Shown here: in pieces, positions 1-12,600 of the stretch
Layout: each line of letters opens with the position of its first letter
Numbering within the stretch: position 1 is the first letter of the stretch
Origin: Mobula hypostoma
Taxonomy: Eukaryota
Length of the DNA stretch: 64,000 bases
Assembly: GCF_963921235.1 (NCBI RefSeq)
Contig: NC_086102.1
Span: 35,154,001 to 35,218,000, forward strand
Direction of reading: 5' to 3'
Position numbers and translations under genes: made by a program
Notes under the pieces: model-generated
What the model was told of the DNA's origin: nothing
The model's input: the letters and a program-made list of their open reading frames with translations, nothing else
Database searches by the model: none

Positions 1-950
1 CTAGCCTGTCCAATCCCTTTAGGATCTTATACGTTTCAATGAGATCCCCCCTCAATCTTCTAAATTCCAACGAGTACAAGCCCAGTTCATCCAGTCTTTC
101 TTCATATGAAAGTCCTGCCATCCCAGGAATCAATCTGGTGAACCTTCTTTGTACTCCCTCTATGGCAAGGATGTCTTTCCTCGGATTAGGGGACCAAAAC
201 TGCACACGATACTCCAGGTGTGGTCTCACCAAGGCCTTGTACAACTGCAGTAGTACCTCCCTGCTCCTGTACTCGAATCCTCTCGCTATAAATGCCAGCA
301 TACCATTTGCCTTTTTCAACGCCTGCTGTACCTGCATGCCCACTTTCAATGACTGGTGTATAATGACACGCAGGTCTCGTTGCACCTCCCCTTTTCCTAA
401 TCGGCCACCATTCAGATAATAATCTGTTTTCCTATTTTTGCCACCAAAGTGGATAACTTCACATTTATCCACATTAAATTGCATCTGCCATGAATTTGCC
501 CACTCACTCAACCTATCCAAGTCACCCTGCATCCTCCTCACAGCTAACACTGCCACCCAGCTTCGTGTCATCTGCAAACTTGGAGATGCTGCATTTAATT
601 CCCTCATCCAAGTCATTAATATATATTGTAAACAACTGGGGTCCCAGCACTGAGCCTTGCGGTACCCCACTAGTCACCGCCTGCCATTCTGAAAAGGTCC
701 CGTTTATTCCCACTCTTTGCTTCCTGTCTGCTAACCAATTCTCCACCCACACCAATACCTTACCCCCAATACCGTGTGCTTTAAGTTTGCACACTAATCT
801 CCTGTGTGGGACCTTGTCAAAAGCCTTTTGAAAATCCAAATATACCACATCCACTGGTTCTCCCCTATCCACTCTACTAGTTACATCCTCAAAAAATTTT
901 ATGAGATTCGTCAGACATGATTTTCCTTTCACAAATCCATGCTGACTTTG
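1..950 (-). mobile_element. CR1-clade LINE, RT region (5'-truncated, continues off the window)
   Basis: ORF 522..932(-) has [36 protein letters not shown] and [10 protein letters not shown] motifs. Confidence 0.93.
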
Positions 951-2071
951 CTCGATCTACTTTCAACCATGATGAAGTTGGAAACAGGAATAATGGCCAT
1001 ATTGTGGGATCAAGTATTACAGCGTTTTCAAATGGCCAGTGCTTCTTTGCAAACATCAGGATAAGACCTGAACACAGTTTGTGCACTCTATGAATCCTTG
1101 CATGGATATATTCAAGGTGGTCTACTTTTTAGACATTGAGCAAAAACCAAGGATCTGACTAAGTGTGAAGATTATCAACAGCAAACTCGAAAAAAACACA
1201 AGCAAAATCGTGCGAATGATGATTTCACTGGTTCCAGCACTCTTGATCCATTTGTTGAATCTCAAACACCTTCTCAGAAGTTTACAAGCCGAACATTTCT
1301 TGCCATTGTTGACAGCTTGCTTTCCGCCCTGTCAAAAAGGCAGAAAGCTTACCCAAAGGTGAATGGTGTTTTTGGATTCCATCATCAGTTACAGTTGTTT
1401 ACACCTGAAGAGACCGTAAAGAGGTCATCAAATCTTATCAAATCATATTCGGAAGATCTGCAAGAAGGTCTTGATGAAGAATTTGTGCAGCTTACTGAAC
1501 TGTTAAAAACTGATCTTGCTTCTCATATTGGCGCCAAACAAGATCTTGTAGAGTTCCAGTTGTACCGTTTGATGACTCACAATTCTTTGGAGTCATGTTT
1601 TCCAAATGTAGAAAATGCCTTGCGCATCTATTTGTCACTCATGGTTACCAACTGCAGTGGAGAACGCTCATTTTCAAAACTGAAAGGGATTAAAAATGAA
1701 CTAAGGAGCACCATGAGTCAAAACAGATTGAACAATCTCACTCTAATGAGCATTGAACATGAACTTCCGCATGAAATAGACATTTCCAGTATCATCAACA
1801 AATTTGCTCATGCTAAATCTTGAAAATCTAACTTTTAAATTGTAGTTTTGTTACTTCTGACATTTGAAATTGATCCCTACATGTAAGTAATACTATTACT
1901 GAAATGTCAGACATTTGTTGTATTATCTGACTGTATGGCAAATGAAAAAAATTGAATTACTTTACTATGCAAGTAAATAATTTATGTTTTAATACTTAAA
2001 TGCATTAAAAAAAATTTAGGGTCCCTTTATAACATATGAAACAGGCCCCGCACTAGCTTAATTCGGCCCTG
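951..2071 (+). mobile_element. hAT (Tip100/ZMYM-like) transposon 3' half with transposase dimerisation domain
   Basis: ORF 1317..1823 has FPNVENALRIYLSLMVTNCSGERSFSKLKGIKNELRSTM; right terminus ...attcggccctg (CAGGGCCG-type TIR) ends at 2071, followed directly by CR1 endonuclease sequence MGDFNMQ. Confidence 0.82.
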
Positions 2072-4470
2072 CATGGGAGATTTCAACATGCAGGTCGATT
2101 GAGAAAATCAGGTTGGAAATGGATCTCAAGAGTGAGAGTTTGTTGAATGCCTACGAGATGGCTTTTAAGAACAGTTTGTTGTTGAGCCTACTAGGTGCTC
2201 AGCTATACCGAATTGGGTGTTATGTAATGAACTGGAGGTGATCAGGGAGCTTAAGGTAAAGGCACATTTAGGAGCCAGTGATCACAATATGATTGTGTTC
2301 AACTTGAAATTTGATAGGGAGAAAGTAAAGCCTGATGTAGCAGTATTTCAGTGGAGTAAAGGAAATTACAGAGGTACGAGAGAGGAGATGGCCAAAGTAA
2401 ATTGGAAGAAGATGCTGGCAGGGATGACAGCAGAGCAGCAATGGTGTGAGTTTCTGGGAAAGATGAGGAAGGTGCAGAATATCTGCATTCCAAAAAATGA
2501 AGAACTACACAAATGGCAAAATAGTACAACCTTAGCTGACAAGGGATATCAAAGCTAATGTAAAAGCAAAAGAGAGGACATACAACAAAGCAAAAATGAA
2601 TGGGAAGACAGGATTGGGAAGCTTTTAAAACCCTACAGAGAACAGCTAAAAGAATCATTAGGAGGGAAAAGATGAAATAAGAAATCAAGCTAGCAAACAA
2701 TATCAAAGTGGATAGTAAAAGCTTTTTCAAGTATGTAAAACTAAAAGCGAGATGAGAGTGGATATAAGACCACTAGAAAATGAGGCCAGAGAAATAATAG
2801 CAGGGGACTAGAGGATGGCTGCTGAACTAAATGAGTATTTTGCATCAGTCTTCACTGTGGAAGACACCAACCATGTGCCAGATGCTGAAGGGTGTGAGGG
2901 AATAGAAGTGACTGCAGTTACTATTACAAGGGAGTAGGTGCTCAAAAAGCTGAAAAACTTAAAGGTACATAAGTCACCCGGACCAGATGAAGTGCACCCT
3001 AGGGTTCTGAAAGAGGTAGTGGTAGAGATTGTGGAGGCATTAGTAATGATCTTCCAAAAATCATTGGACCCTGGTGTGGTGCCAGAGGACTGGAAAATTG
3101 CAAATGTCATTCCACTCTTTAAGAAAGGAGGGAGGCAGCAGAAAGGAAATTATAGACAGTTAGCCTGACCTCAGTGATTGGGAAGATGTTGGAGTCAACT
3201 GTTAAGGATGAAGTGTTGGAGTACTCAGTGACACAGGACAAGAGAGGACAAAGTCAGCATGGTTTCTTTAAGGGAAAATCCTGCCTGATGTACCTGTTGG
3301 AATTTTCTTGAGGTGATTACATATTACATGTAGGATAAATAAAGGCGATACAGTGGACGTTGTTTATTTGGCATTTCAGAAGGCCTTCGACAAAGGTGCC
3401 ACACAAGGCTGCTTACCAAGTTAAGAGCCCATGGTATTGCAGGAAAGTTACTGGCATGGTTAGAGCATTGGCTGATGGTAGGAGGCAGTGAGTGGGAATA
3501 AAAGGATCCTTTTCTGGTTGGCTGCCAGTGACCAGTGGTGTTCTGCAGGGGTCATTGTTGGGTCCACTTCTTTTTATGTTGGATATCAATGATTTAGTTG
3601 ATGGAATAGATGACTTTTTTTTTACCAGGTTTGCAGATGATACAAAGTTTGGTGGAGGGGCAGGTAGTGTTGAGGAAACAGGTGGGCTGCATTAGGACTT
3701 AGACAGATTAGGAGAATGGGCAAGAAAGTGGCAAATGAAATACAATATTGGAAAATGCATGGTCGTGCACTTTGGTAGTTGAAATAAATGTGCAGACTAT
3801 CTTATAAATGGGGAGAAAATACAAAAATCCAAAAATCTGAGATGCAAGGTGTTAGCATTCATTCAAAAGGTCTAGAATACAAGAGCAAGGATGTGATGCT
3901 GAGGCTTTATAAAGTACTGGTGAGGCCTCACCTTGAGTATTGTGAACAGTTTTGTGCTCCTCATCTAAGGAAAGATGTGCTGGCTTTGGAGAGGGCCCAG
4001 AGGAGGTTCACAAGGATGTTTCCAGGAATGCAAGGGTTATCATATGAGGAATGTTTGATAGCTCTGGGTCTGTACTCACTGGAATTTAGAAGGATGAGGG
4101 GGGATCTCACTGAAACCTTTAAAATGTTGAAAGACCTAGACAGAGTAGATGTGGAAAGGATGTTTCCCGTGGTGGTTAGTGTAGGACAAGAGAGCACAGC
4201 CTTAGGATAGAGGGGCATCCATTTAAAACAGATGCAGAGAAATTTCTTTAGCCAGAAAGTGGTGAATTTGCGGAATTTATTACCACAGGCAGCTGTGGAG
4301 GGCAGGTCGTTGGGTGTATTTAAAGCAGAGCTTGATATGCTCTTGATTGAATATGGCATCAAAGGTTACAGGGAGAAGGCTGGGGGGGGACTGAGGAGTT
4401 TAAAAAAAGGATCAGCCATGGCAGAGCGGACTCGATGGGCCCAATGGCCTAATTCTGCTCCTACGTCTAA
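2072..4470 (+). mobile_element. CR1 LINE ORF2 (EN-RT-3'UTR), degenerate
   Basis: GDFN, SDHN, KSPGPDEVHPRVLKE, FADDTK and RPHLEYC motifs in broken frames; 3' end aattctgctcct. Confidence 0.92.
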
Positions 4471-4941
4471 AACAAAGTTTTTCACTGTACTTCCGTACTT
4501 GGGGCAATGGCGTGGACTTATCTGATTTCCATCTCAGAAGTGCACAATCCTTTGGGTTATTGAATTTCTTAGCTACAAGCTTACCACCTGTCAGATGGTG
4601 CAAATAATCAAACTAATGTACCTATGGAGATGCTTACTTGGTAACTTGGTTTTGGGTTAATTATTGGCTAGAATGCAAGATTGTGTACATAGATAGGGTG
4701 AATTTTCAGAGTTATTTTTTCTGGGTTGGGTAATGGCGAACTGGAAGTGAAAGCACAGAAATATGCTCGCCCGGCATACAGTGTAGCCAGATAACTAACT
4801 TGAACGCCTTTCCCTAATAAACGACAGGCAAACTACCGCACAGAAAGCAGCCGATTTTCTGTAAACAACAGCAGAAAGGTAATGAACAATCTGCCAGAGG
4901 AGCTTGGCGGGGAAGGAATTGTCAATGTTCTGAACAATATA

Positions 4942-5610
4942 CAGGCAGTCCCCGGGTTACGAACGTCCCACTTACGGACAACTCGTACTTACGAACGGAC
5001 TGCCATAAAGCCTATTATATTAAAAATTTGACAGATACAATGGTTCATAATAACAAACGCACGCACTACTTTGTGATGCTCATGAAAACATTGTGCAGCT
5101 TCAGCGGTTTGTCGGCTCGAGGAAGGAGAATGCCATCCACCATTTTAAGTTGGATCACGTTGCCGTTAACACTGTGTTGAGTGTGTAACTTTGTACAGTA
5201 TTTAGCGATCAGAAAGAAGTGAAATGCCATCGGTCATTGGAAAAGCGTTAGGCTACAGTCAGTCAACGATTGGAATAATTTTAAAGGATAAAGTGATGAT
5301 AGCATTTGGGGAAGAAGACTGGGACCTAAAAACTCCAGAACTGAAAAAGTTTTTGACGAAAGAGTTAGTTGAAGCCTTTCATCTCCTTGAAGCATGGATG
5401 GCAAAGTTAGAGGAGCAAGATCCTAATACAGAGAGGTTCACCAAAGTTTACCGTACAGTTACCGAGGGCCTCAGCTGCCTCAAGGCCATTTATGTCGAGA
5501 AAAAGAAAAGCTCTGGATAGAAAGCTAAAAAATATACTATATACTAAGACAAACATTTGACTAACTGACGCTAAATAAGAACCGTATGTACCTGTTCTGA
5601 CTTACCTACA
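4942..5610 (+). mobile_element. Tigger/pogo-like DNA transposon, internally deleted
   Basis: TA followed by caggcagtccccgggttacga terminus; ORF 5224..5520 joins an HTH-like start (IGKALGYSQSTIGIILKDK) to a C-terminal DPNTERFTKV segment; right TIR missing. Confidence 0.7.
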
Positions 5611-6006
5611 AAACGCTGGAGGAACTCAACAACAGACATCCCACCTCTCCCGGAAGTTCCGGGAGTCTCCCGCATATCCCTGATGCCCGGAGATTATATA
5701 CAATATCCCGGAAATTGATTTTTTTGAGAGAGAAAGGGAGAGCGAGCATCCTGATTGGTCTCTCTTCGTGCTAAGTAGACCTATCAGTTTTCTTTGTGGG
5801 CAGGCTTTACAGTCGACCTCAGAAATAATGACAGTGTTGCTCACTGCACTGTTTGCAACAGTGACTTTTCTATTGCCCATGGTGGGTTAAAATGTAAACG
5901 ACATGTTGAGGTGAGGTTAACAGGTGTCATTCGTTCATTAGCATAGCTAACGTTATTTAAACCAGCTGGCTAGCTGCTAAGGAGCTACTCTATTGATGTC
6001 CTAGGT

Positions 6007-7219
6007 CAGTGGTCCCCAACCACCGGGCATGTGCTACCGGGCAGTGAGGAAACGATATGATTTGGCGATATGAAACGATATGAGTCGGCTGCACCTTTCC
6101 TCATCCCCTGTCACGGCCACTATTGAACTTGAGCACACGCAAGGTCATGACCCGCACGTCATCCATGTCAGCGCGGGAAGAAGATCAACTCCTCGAGCTT
6201 GCAAATGACGGTGGGCTGAAAAGTACATTTGACATAACATCTCTGCCGGCATTCTGGATCAAATTCAAGGCTGAATATCCTGAGATAGTCATGAAAGCAC
6301 TGAAAACATTGCTTCCATTTCCAACATATTTCTGCGAAGCGGAGTTTTCTGCGATGAATGCAACGAAAACTAAACTGCGGAATGGACTGGACATAAGGAA
6401 CCCCCTTCGAGTATTGCTGTCTCCCATCACCCCTCGATAGGACCGTCACGTTGCAGGGAAACAAGCCCAGGGCTCCCACTGATTCAGCGATATTGGTGTG
6501 TTGCAATGATTTGATATGTTCATACAGGGAAAATATGCGCTGTCTGTTTAATATTAAATTCATTAGATAAACCCTTTCAGAAACGAAATTGAGTGTATTA
6601 GCCTCTTATAAGTGAATTATAATTGACTTATCACCTATATTCCAGTCGTGATTAACACCCCCCCACCACCCCCAGAGTTGCCAACTGTCCCGTATTAGCC
6701 GGGACATCCCGTATCGTACACATTGGGCTAAATTGGTTTGTCCCATATAGGACCGCTGTTGTCCTGTATTTCCCCCGCTAAGGTAAAGCGTTTCTATGAA
6801 ACCTTTCGTGCCGAAATGGCGTAATGCGCAGAAGAAATTACCATTAACTTATATGGGAAAAAATTTCCAGCGTTCCCAGACCCAAAAAAAACCTAACAAA
6901 TCATACCAAATAACACATAAAACCGAAAATAAATAACACTAACATATAGTAAAAGCAAGAATGATATGATAAATACACAGCCTATATAAAGTAGAAATAA
7001 TGTCTGTACAGTATAGTTTCACTGAACAGAATCGTCAAAACCAATTTGGAGAAAAGCCATCGGCACGTACACGCATGCGCACACAGGTGCCCGCGCAAGG
7101 CTTCATAGTCATGGTAGTCTTTCTAGGGGTAAACACAATGAGAAAGTTGGCAACCCTACCGCAAGAATATTGTCAATATTAAACCGGCCCGCGGTGCAAA
7201 GAAAGGTTGGGGACCCCTG
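6007..7219 (+). mobile_element. hAT Buster/Charlie-type element with transposase C-terminal remnant
   Basis: TIR cagtggtccccaacc / ggttggggacccctg; 8-bp TSD tcctaggt / tcctacgt with central TA; ORF 6123..6440 has FWIKFKAEYPE...LLPFPTYFCEAEFSAM...KTKLRN. Confidence 0.88.
6673..7158. mobile_element. hAT-like MITE (TAGGGTTGCCA-type ends)
   Basis: cagagttgccaact / agttggcaacccta match at 12/14 as inverted termini; no TSD seen. Confidence 0.65.
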
Positions 7220-7471
7220 TCCTACGTGATGAGGCCAAACTCCCTGTAGACTTGCTTAAAGTTGTAATAGAATAAACATGATAATATAAGTACATATGTT
7301 AATGTCTTATTTTCTGCATATACCCAACTTGGTTTGCAGATTAGACAAAATCACTAAACAAAGTATTACATACACCCTTGGAGGTCGACCGGGGCGTGGG
7401 GGGGGGATATGGGGTTGCGGCGGTGGGGGTGCTACCTCCCTGAAATGAGTTTTTGCAGGGTGGGATGTCTG

Positions 7472-8458
7472 CAATAAGGTAGTAGGTGATAGGTGAAACC
7501 GGGAGGGGAGTAGCGTGAAGTAGAGAGTTGCGAAGTCAATTGGTGAAAGAGACAGAGGGCTGGAGAAGGGGGAATCTGACAGAAGGCCGGAGAAATCGAT
7601 GCCCATGCCAACAGGTTGGAGGCAACCCAGATGGAATATAAGATGTTGCTCCCCCAATCTGAGCGTGGCCTCATCGCGACATGGACTGACGTCTGAAGAG
7701 GAAAGGGAAGTAGAATTAAATAAGTGGCCAGCTGGAGATCTCTCTTTTTCTGGCCGACGGAGCGTAGGTGCTCGGCGAAGTGGTCTCCCAATCTATGTTG
7801 GCTCTCACCAATGTACACAAGGCCACACCCGGAGCACCGGATACAATGGATGACCCCCAACAGACTCACAGGTGAAGTGTCGCCTCACCTGGACGGACTG
7901 TCTGGGGCCCTGAATGGTAGTGATGGAGGAGGTGTAGGGGCAGGTGTGGCATTTGTTCCGCTTGCAAGGATAAGTACCAGGATGGAGATCAGTGGGGAGG
8001 ACTAGGGAATTGCTTTGGGAGCGATCTCTGCCATTGCTCGGAAATTGGGGGAGAGTGCTTGGCGGTGGGATCCCGTTGGAGATGGCGGAAGTTCCGGAGA
8101 ATTATGTGCTGAACGAGGAGGACAGGAGGAAACCTATCCCTGGAGAGGTAGCGGAAGGATGGGGGCGAGGGTAGACGTGCGCCAAATGGAAGAGATGCGG
8201 GTGAGGGCAGCATTGATGGTGGAAGAAGGGAATCCCCTTTCTTTGAAAAAGGAGGACAGCTCCTTCGTCCTGCAATGAAAAGCGTTATCTTTGGAGCATG
8301 TGCGTCGAGTCGGAGAATTTGAGAGCAGGGTTTGGCATTTTTACAAATAACAGGGAGGGACGGGTGCAGGCTGTATAAAGATACCAATAGATAAGGTGTT
8401 TCCAGAGACTGACACAGAGAGACCGAGAGAGGGGAGGGAGGTGTCAATGTTTCCAGCT
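7472..8458 (-). mobile_element. Penelope-like element fragment (RT C-terminus, GIY-YIG endonuclease)
   Basis: GVIHCIRCSGCGLVYIGESQHRLGDHFAEH; homologous to the copy at 51277-52888. Confidence 0.88.
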
Positions 8459-8778
8459 GAAGCCGAAAGGTCCGCGTGATTCCAAAAGGATCCAAGTGTT
8501 CGGACTTCGGACTGACCAATCCGCAGCCGGTAAAATGTTTCAGTCCTCTTTAATAATTGCAGTTGTAATGAGGGTTTTCGGGTAAGACTACTTTTATTGT
8601 GTTAAAATTCTGTAGCGACCCAAAATTAATTAGTGAGACATGTTGGCCGACTTATTTCGGACTTTCTTATTCGAAGATCAATTTTACGACCACCAAGTTC
8701 TTTGGCAGTTGATTTCCAAGTTTATTTTGTAAAGTTAATGTGCGTAGCTTCTGTCGGTATATGTTAGTGCTTATCGGG

Positions 8779-8851
8779 TGCTTGCTTGCTTGCTTGCTTG
8801 TTTGTTTGTTTGTTTGTTTGTTTGTTTAATTAATTAATTAATTGATTGATT
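8779..8851. repeat. Compound tetranucleotide microsatellite (TGCT)n(TGTT)n(TAAT)n(TGAT)n
   Basis: Read directly; ends just before a ttgcag splice-acceptor-like site at 8858. Confidence 0.9.
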
Positions 8852-8918
8852 ATTGCAGACGCGCACATTATAAGTGGTTAACAGATTGGTGTGCGCGGGA
8901 GTACCTGAATTTACCGAT

Positions 8919-9026
8919 ATGGACAAACGAGCTAAATCTAAAGACGTTTATGTCCAGCGTTCGCTGTTCGTGTTTTTGATGCTGTTAGCTCTGACACTGG
9001 TCTTTCTAACCCTGCAGAAGACAAAG
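8919..9026 (+). CDS. NXPE3: NXPE family member 3-like, coding exon 1 (N-terminal signal anchor)
   Basis: MDKRAKSKDVYVQRSLFVFLMLLALTLVFLTLQKTK: basic N-terminus plus hydrophobic stretch; AAG|gtgtgt donor in phase 0 matches the next exon. Confidence 0.75.
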
Positions 9027-9259
9027 GTGTGTATAATGGTAAAAGTAAAATGCTCAGTCTGCTGACCAAGGGTTAAAGTGATCGTGTTTATGTGAGCGTT
9101 CATCTCCCGTTGAGCTTCTGTCTACGGGAAACGGATTAAAATGGTCACAATCTGTTGTTCGTTACCCCTCTCCTCTTTGTACCAGGGACCTCACCTCTCC
9201 GTTCTCCATCCTGATGAGACGTTTCAACGGGAAGGTGGACAATTCTAGTGTTCCAATAT

Positions 9260-9670
9260 TCAATCAATATATGGAGGTCCCAACTACAGGAAGCGTGTTA
9301 TGACAACTCCTGCAAGAGAAGGAGCCAGGGCAGGTGACAGAAGTGGGTGTAGGGGATCTGGTTATAATAATTACATTAATTACAAGATAATTATGGAGAA
9401 GGATAAGACTAATCGTGACTTGAGTTTCTAAATTAGAGAAAGGACAATTTTGACGACATCAGAAAGGATCTGGCATCTGGGGATTGGGATATGTTGTCTT
9501 CCAGCAAAGGTATGCTTGGCAAGTGGAAGGCCTTCAAAAGTGAAATATTGAGAGATTTGTTAGAATAAAGGACAAGGCTAGAAGTTTTAGGGAACCCTAG
9601 TTTTCAAAGAGTATTGATACCTTGGTTAAGAAGGAGTGCATAGCATGTATAAGCAGCAAGGAGCAAATGG
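9260..9670 (+). mobile_element. CR1 LINE fragment (EN/tether)
   Basis: Degenerate EPGQV and WEAFKSEILR-like sequence. Confidence 0.6.
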
Positions 9671-9674
9671 TTCA

Positions 9675-12600
9675 TTAGAAGCATAAGACATAGGAGCAGA
9701 ATTAGGCCATTCAGCCCATCAAGTCAGCTCTGCCACTTGGTTATGTCAGATGCACTTCCCTCTCAATCCCACTGTCGTGCCTTCTCCCCATAACCTGGCT
9801 TATCAGGAATCTACCAACCTTCACTTAAAATACATCCAATGACTTGGCCTCCACAGCCACCTGTGGCAAGAAATTCCACAGATTCACCACCCTCTGGTGA
9901 TCAAAGTTCTTCCTCATCTCCATTCTAAATGGATGTCTCTCTATTCTGAGGTTGCACCCTCTGGTCCTGGATTCCTCACTACAGGACAAATCCTCTCCAT
10001 GCCTACTCTATCGAAACCTTTCAATATTTGATAGGCTTCAATGAGATCCCCCTTATTCTCCTAAATTCCAGGGAGTACAGGCCCAGAGCTATCAAATGCT
10101 TTTCAAATGATAAACCTTTTATTCCCAAAATAATTAGCCTAAATCTCCTTTGAATTCTCTCCAATGTCAGCACATCCTTTCTTAGATAAGGGACCCAAAA
10201 CTGCTTGCAATATTCGAAGCCAGGCCTCACCAGTGCATTATACAGCCTTAGCATTACATCCTTGATGTTACATTTTAGTCCTCTTGAAATAAATGCTAAC
10301 AGTGCATTTGCCTTCACTGACTCAACCTGCAAGTTAACCTTTAGGGAATCTAAAATCCCTTTGGACCTCAGAAATTTGAATTTTCTCTCCATTTAGAAAA
10401 TAGTCTTTGCTTTTTTTTCCCCTTCTACCAAAGTGCATGACCATATACTTCCCAAAGCTGTCTTCCATCAGCTCTTTCTTTGCCCATCCTCCTAATCTTT
10501 ATAAGTCCTTCTCCAGCCTCCCTGCTTCCTCAACGCTACTGGCCCTCCACCTATCTTCATATCGCCTGCAAATATGGCCACAAAGCCTTCAATTCTGTCA
10601 TCTAAATCATTGACATATAATGTAAAAGAAGCAGTCCCAACACCAACCACTGCAGAACACCACCAGTCACTGGCAGTCAATCTGAAAAGGATCCCTTTAT
10701 TCCCACTCTTTGCCTCCTGGCAATCAGCCAATGCTCTGTCCATGTTAGTATCTTTCCTGTAATACCATGGGCTCTTATCTCGCTAAGCAGCCTCATGTGT
10801 GGCAACTTGTCAAAGGCCTTCTGAAAGTCAAAGTGCACAACATTCACCGATTCTCCTTTGTTTATCCTGATGGTATTTCTTCAAAGAATTCGAACAGATA
10901 TTTCCGGCAAGATTTTCTCTTAAGGGAACCGTGCTGACTTAGGCCTATTTTATCATGTGCCTCCAACTACCCTGAACCCTCATCCTTAACAATCGACTCC
11001 AACATCTTCCCAACCACTGAGGTCAGGCTAACTGGCCTATACACTCCTTTCTTCTACCTCCCTTCTTTCTTGAATAGTGGAGTGATATTTGCAATTTTCC
11101 AGTCTCTAGAATCATACCAGAATCTAGTGATTCTTGAAACATCATTACTAATGGCACCAGAATCTCTTCAGTTACCTCTCTCAGAACTCTGGGGTGTCGT
11201 CCATCCAGTCCAGATGACTTATCTACTTCAGACCTTTCAGTTTCCCAAGCACATTCTCTCCAGTATTAGCAACTGCACTTATTCTGCCCTCAGCACTCTC
11301 GAACTTCTGGCATATTGCTAGAGCCAAACATAGCAGTATTACAGTGGAGTAAGGGGAAGTCATCCACAGTGAAGACTGATGCAAAGTACTTATTCAGCTT
11401 GTCTGCCATTTCCTTGTCCCTGTTACTACCTCTCCAGCATCATTTTCCAATGGTCCGAATCTCCTCTTGCCTCTCTTTTACTCTTTACAAATCCGAAAAA
11501 ACATTTGGTATCCTTTTTGAAATTATGGACTAGCTTAGATTCATATTTTATCCTTTCCTTCCTTACGGATTTTTTAGCTGTCTTCTGTTGGTTTTTAAAC
11601 ACTTCCCAATCTTCTAACTTCCCACTAATTTTTGCTCTAGAATATGCCCTCCTTTTAGCTTGCATGTTGAATTTGACTTCCCTTGTCAGCCACGGTTGCA
11701 TCATTCTGCTTTTAGAATACTTCTTTGGTATGTATCTATCCCATGCTTTTTGAATTGCTCCCAGAAACTCCAGCCATTGCTGCTGTGCCATCAGTTCTGC
11801 GAGTGTTCCCTTGCAATCACTTTGGCCAGCTACTCTCTCATGCCTCAGTACTTCCCTTTACTCCACTGTTATAATTATACGTTTGACTTTAGCTTCTCCC
11901 TTAACTTCTCTCTCTCAAATTGCAGAGTGAATTCTATCATATTATGATGAATGCCTCCTAAAAGTTCCTTTACCTTGAGTTCCTAATTAAATCTGGTTCA
12001 ATACCCAACACCTAATCCAGAAAAGCTGATCCCCTTGTGGGCTCATCCATAAGCTGTTCTAAGAAGCCATTCCATAAGCATTCTACAAATTCTTTCTCTT
12101 GGGATCCAAAATCAGCACCGACCTGTTTTTCTCAATCTACCTGCATATTGAAATCCCCCATGACTATCGTAACTTTGCCCTTTTGACATGCATTTTCTAC
12201 CTCCTGTTGTAATTTGTCGCCCTTACCCTGGCTACTGTTCAGAAGCCTATATATAACTCTCTTCAGGGCCTTTTTACCTTTGCAGTCCTTTAACTCTACG
12301 CACAAGGATTCAACATCTTCCAATCCTATGTCAACTCTTTCTAAAGATTTGATTTCATTTTTTAACCAACAGAGCCACACAATCCCCTTTACCTACCTGC
12401 CTGTCCTTTTGAAACAGTTCGTATCCTTGGATGTTAGGCTTCCAACTGATCTTTTAGCCATGATTCAGTGATGCCCACAATATCATACCTGCCAGTCTCT
12501 ACGATATCATCTACCTTGCTGTGCAAACAGTGTGCATTCATATATAACGCTTTGAGTCCCGTTTTGTCACCCTTTTCAACTTTGACACACTGTTACATTG

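Larger units (their letters stand above)
5633..7471. mobile_element. Non-autonomous DNA transposon (13-bp TIR), host to two nested elements
   Basis: Perfect TIR cagacatcccacc (5633) / ggtgggatgtctg (ends 7471); flanks caacaa / caataa. Confidence 0.75.

Noticed and set aside
39-831. Plus-strand ORFs antisense to CR1 RT (seen repeatedly in the window)
   Set aside because: Shadow frames of the retrotransposon ORF; no independent motifs
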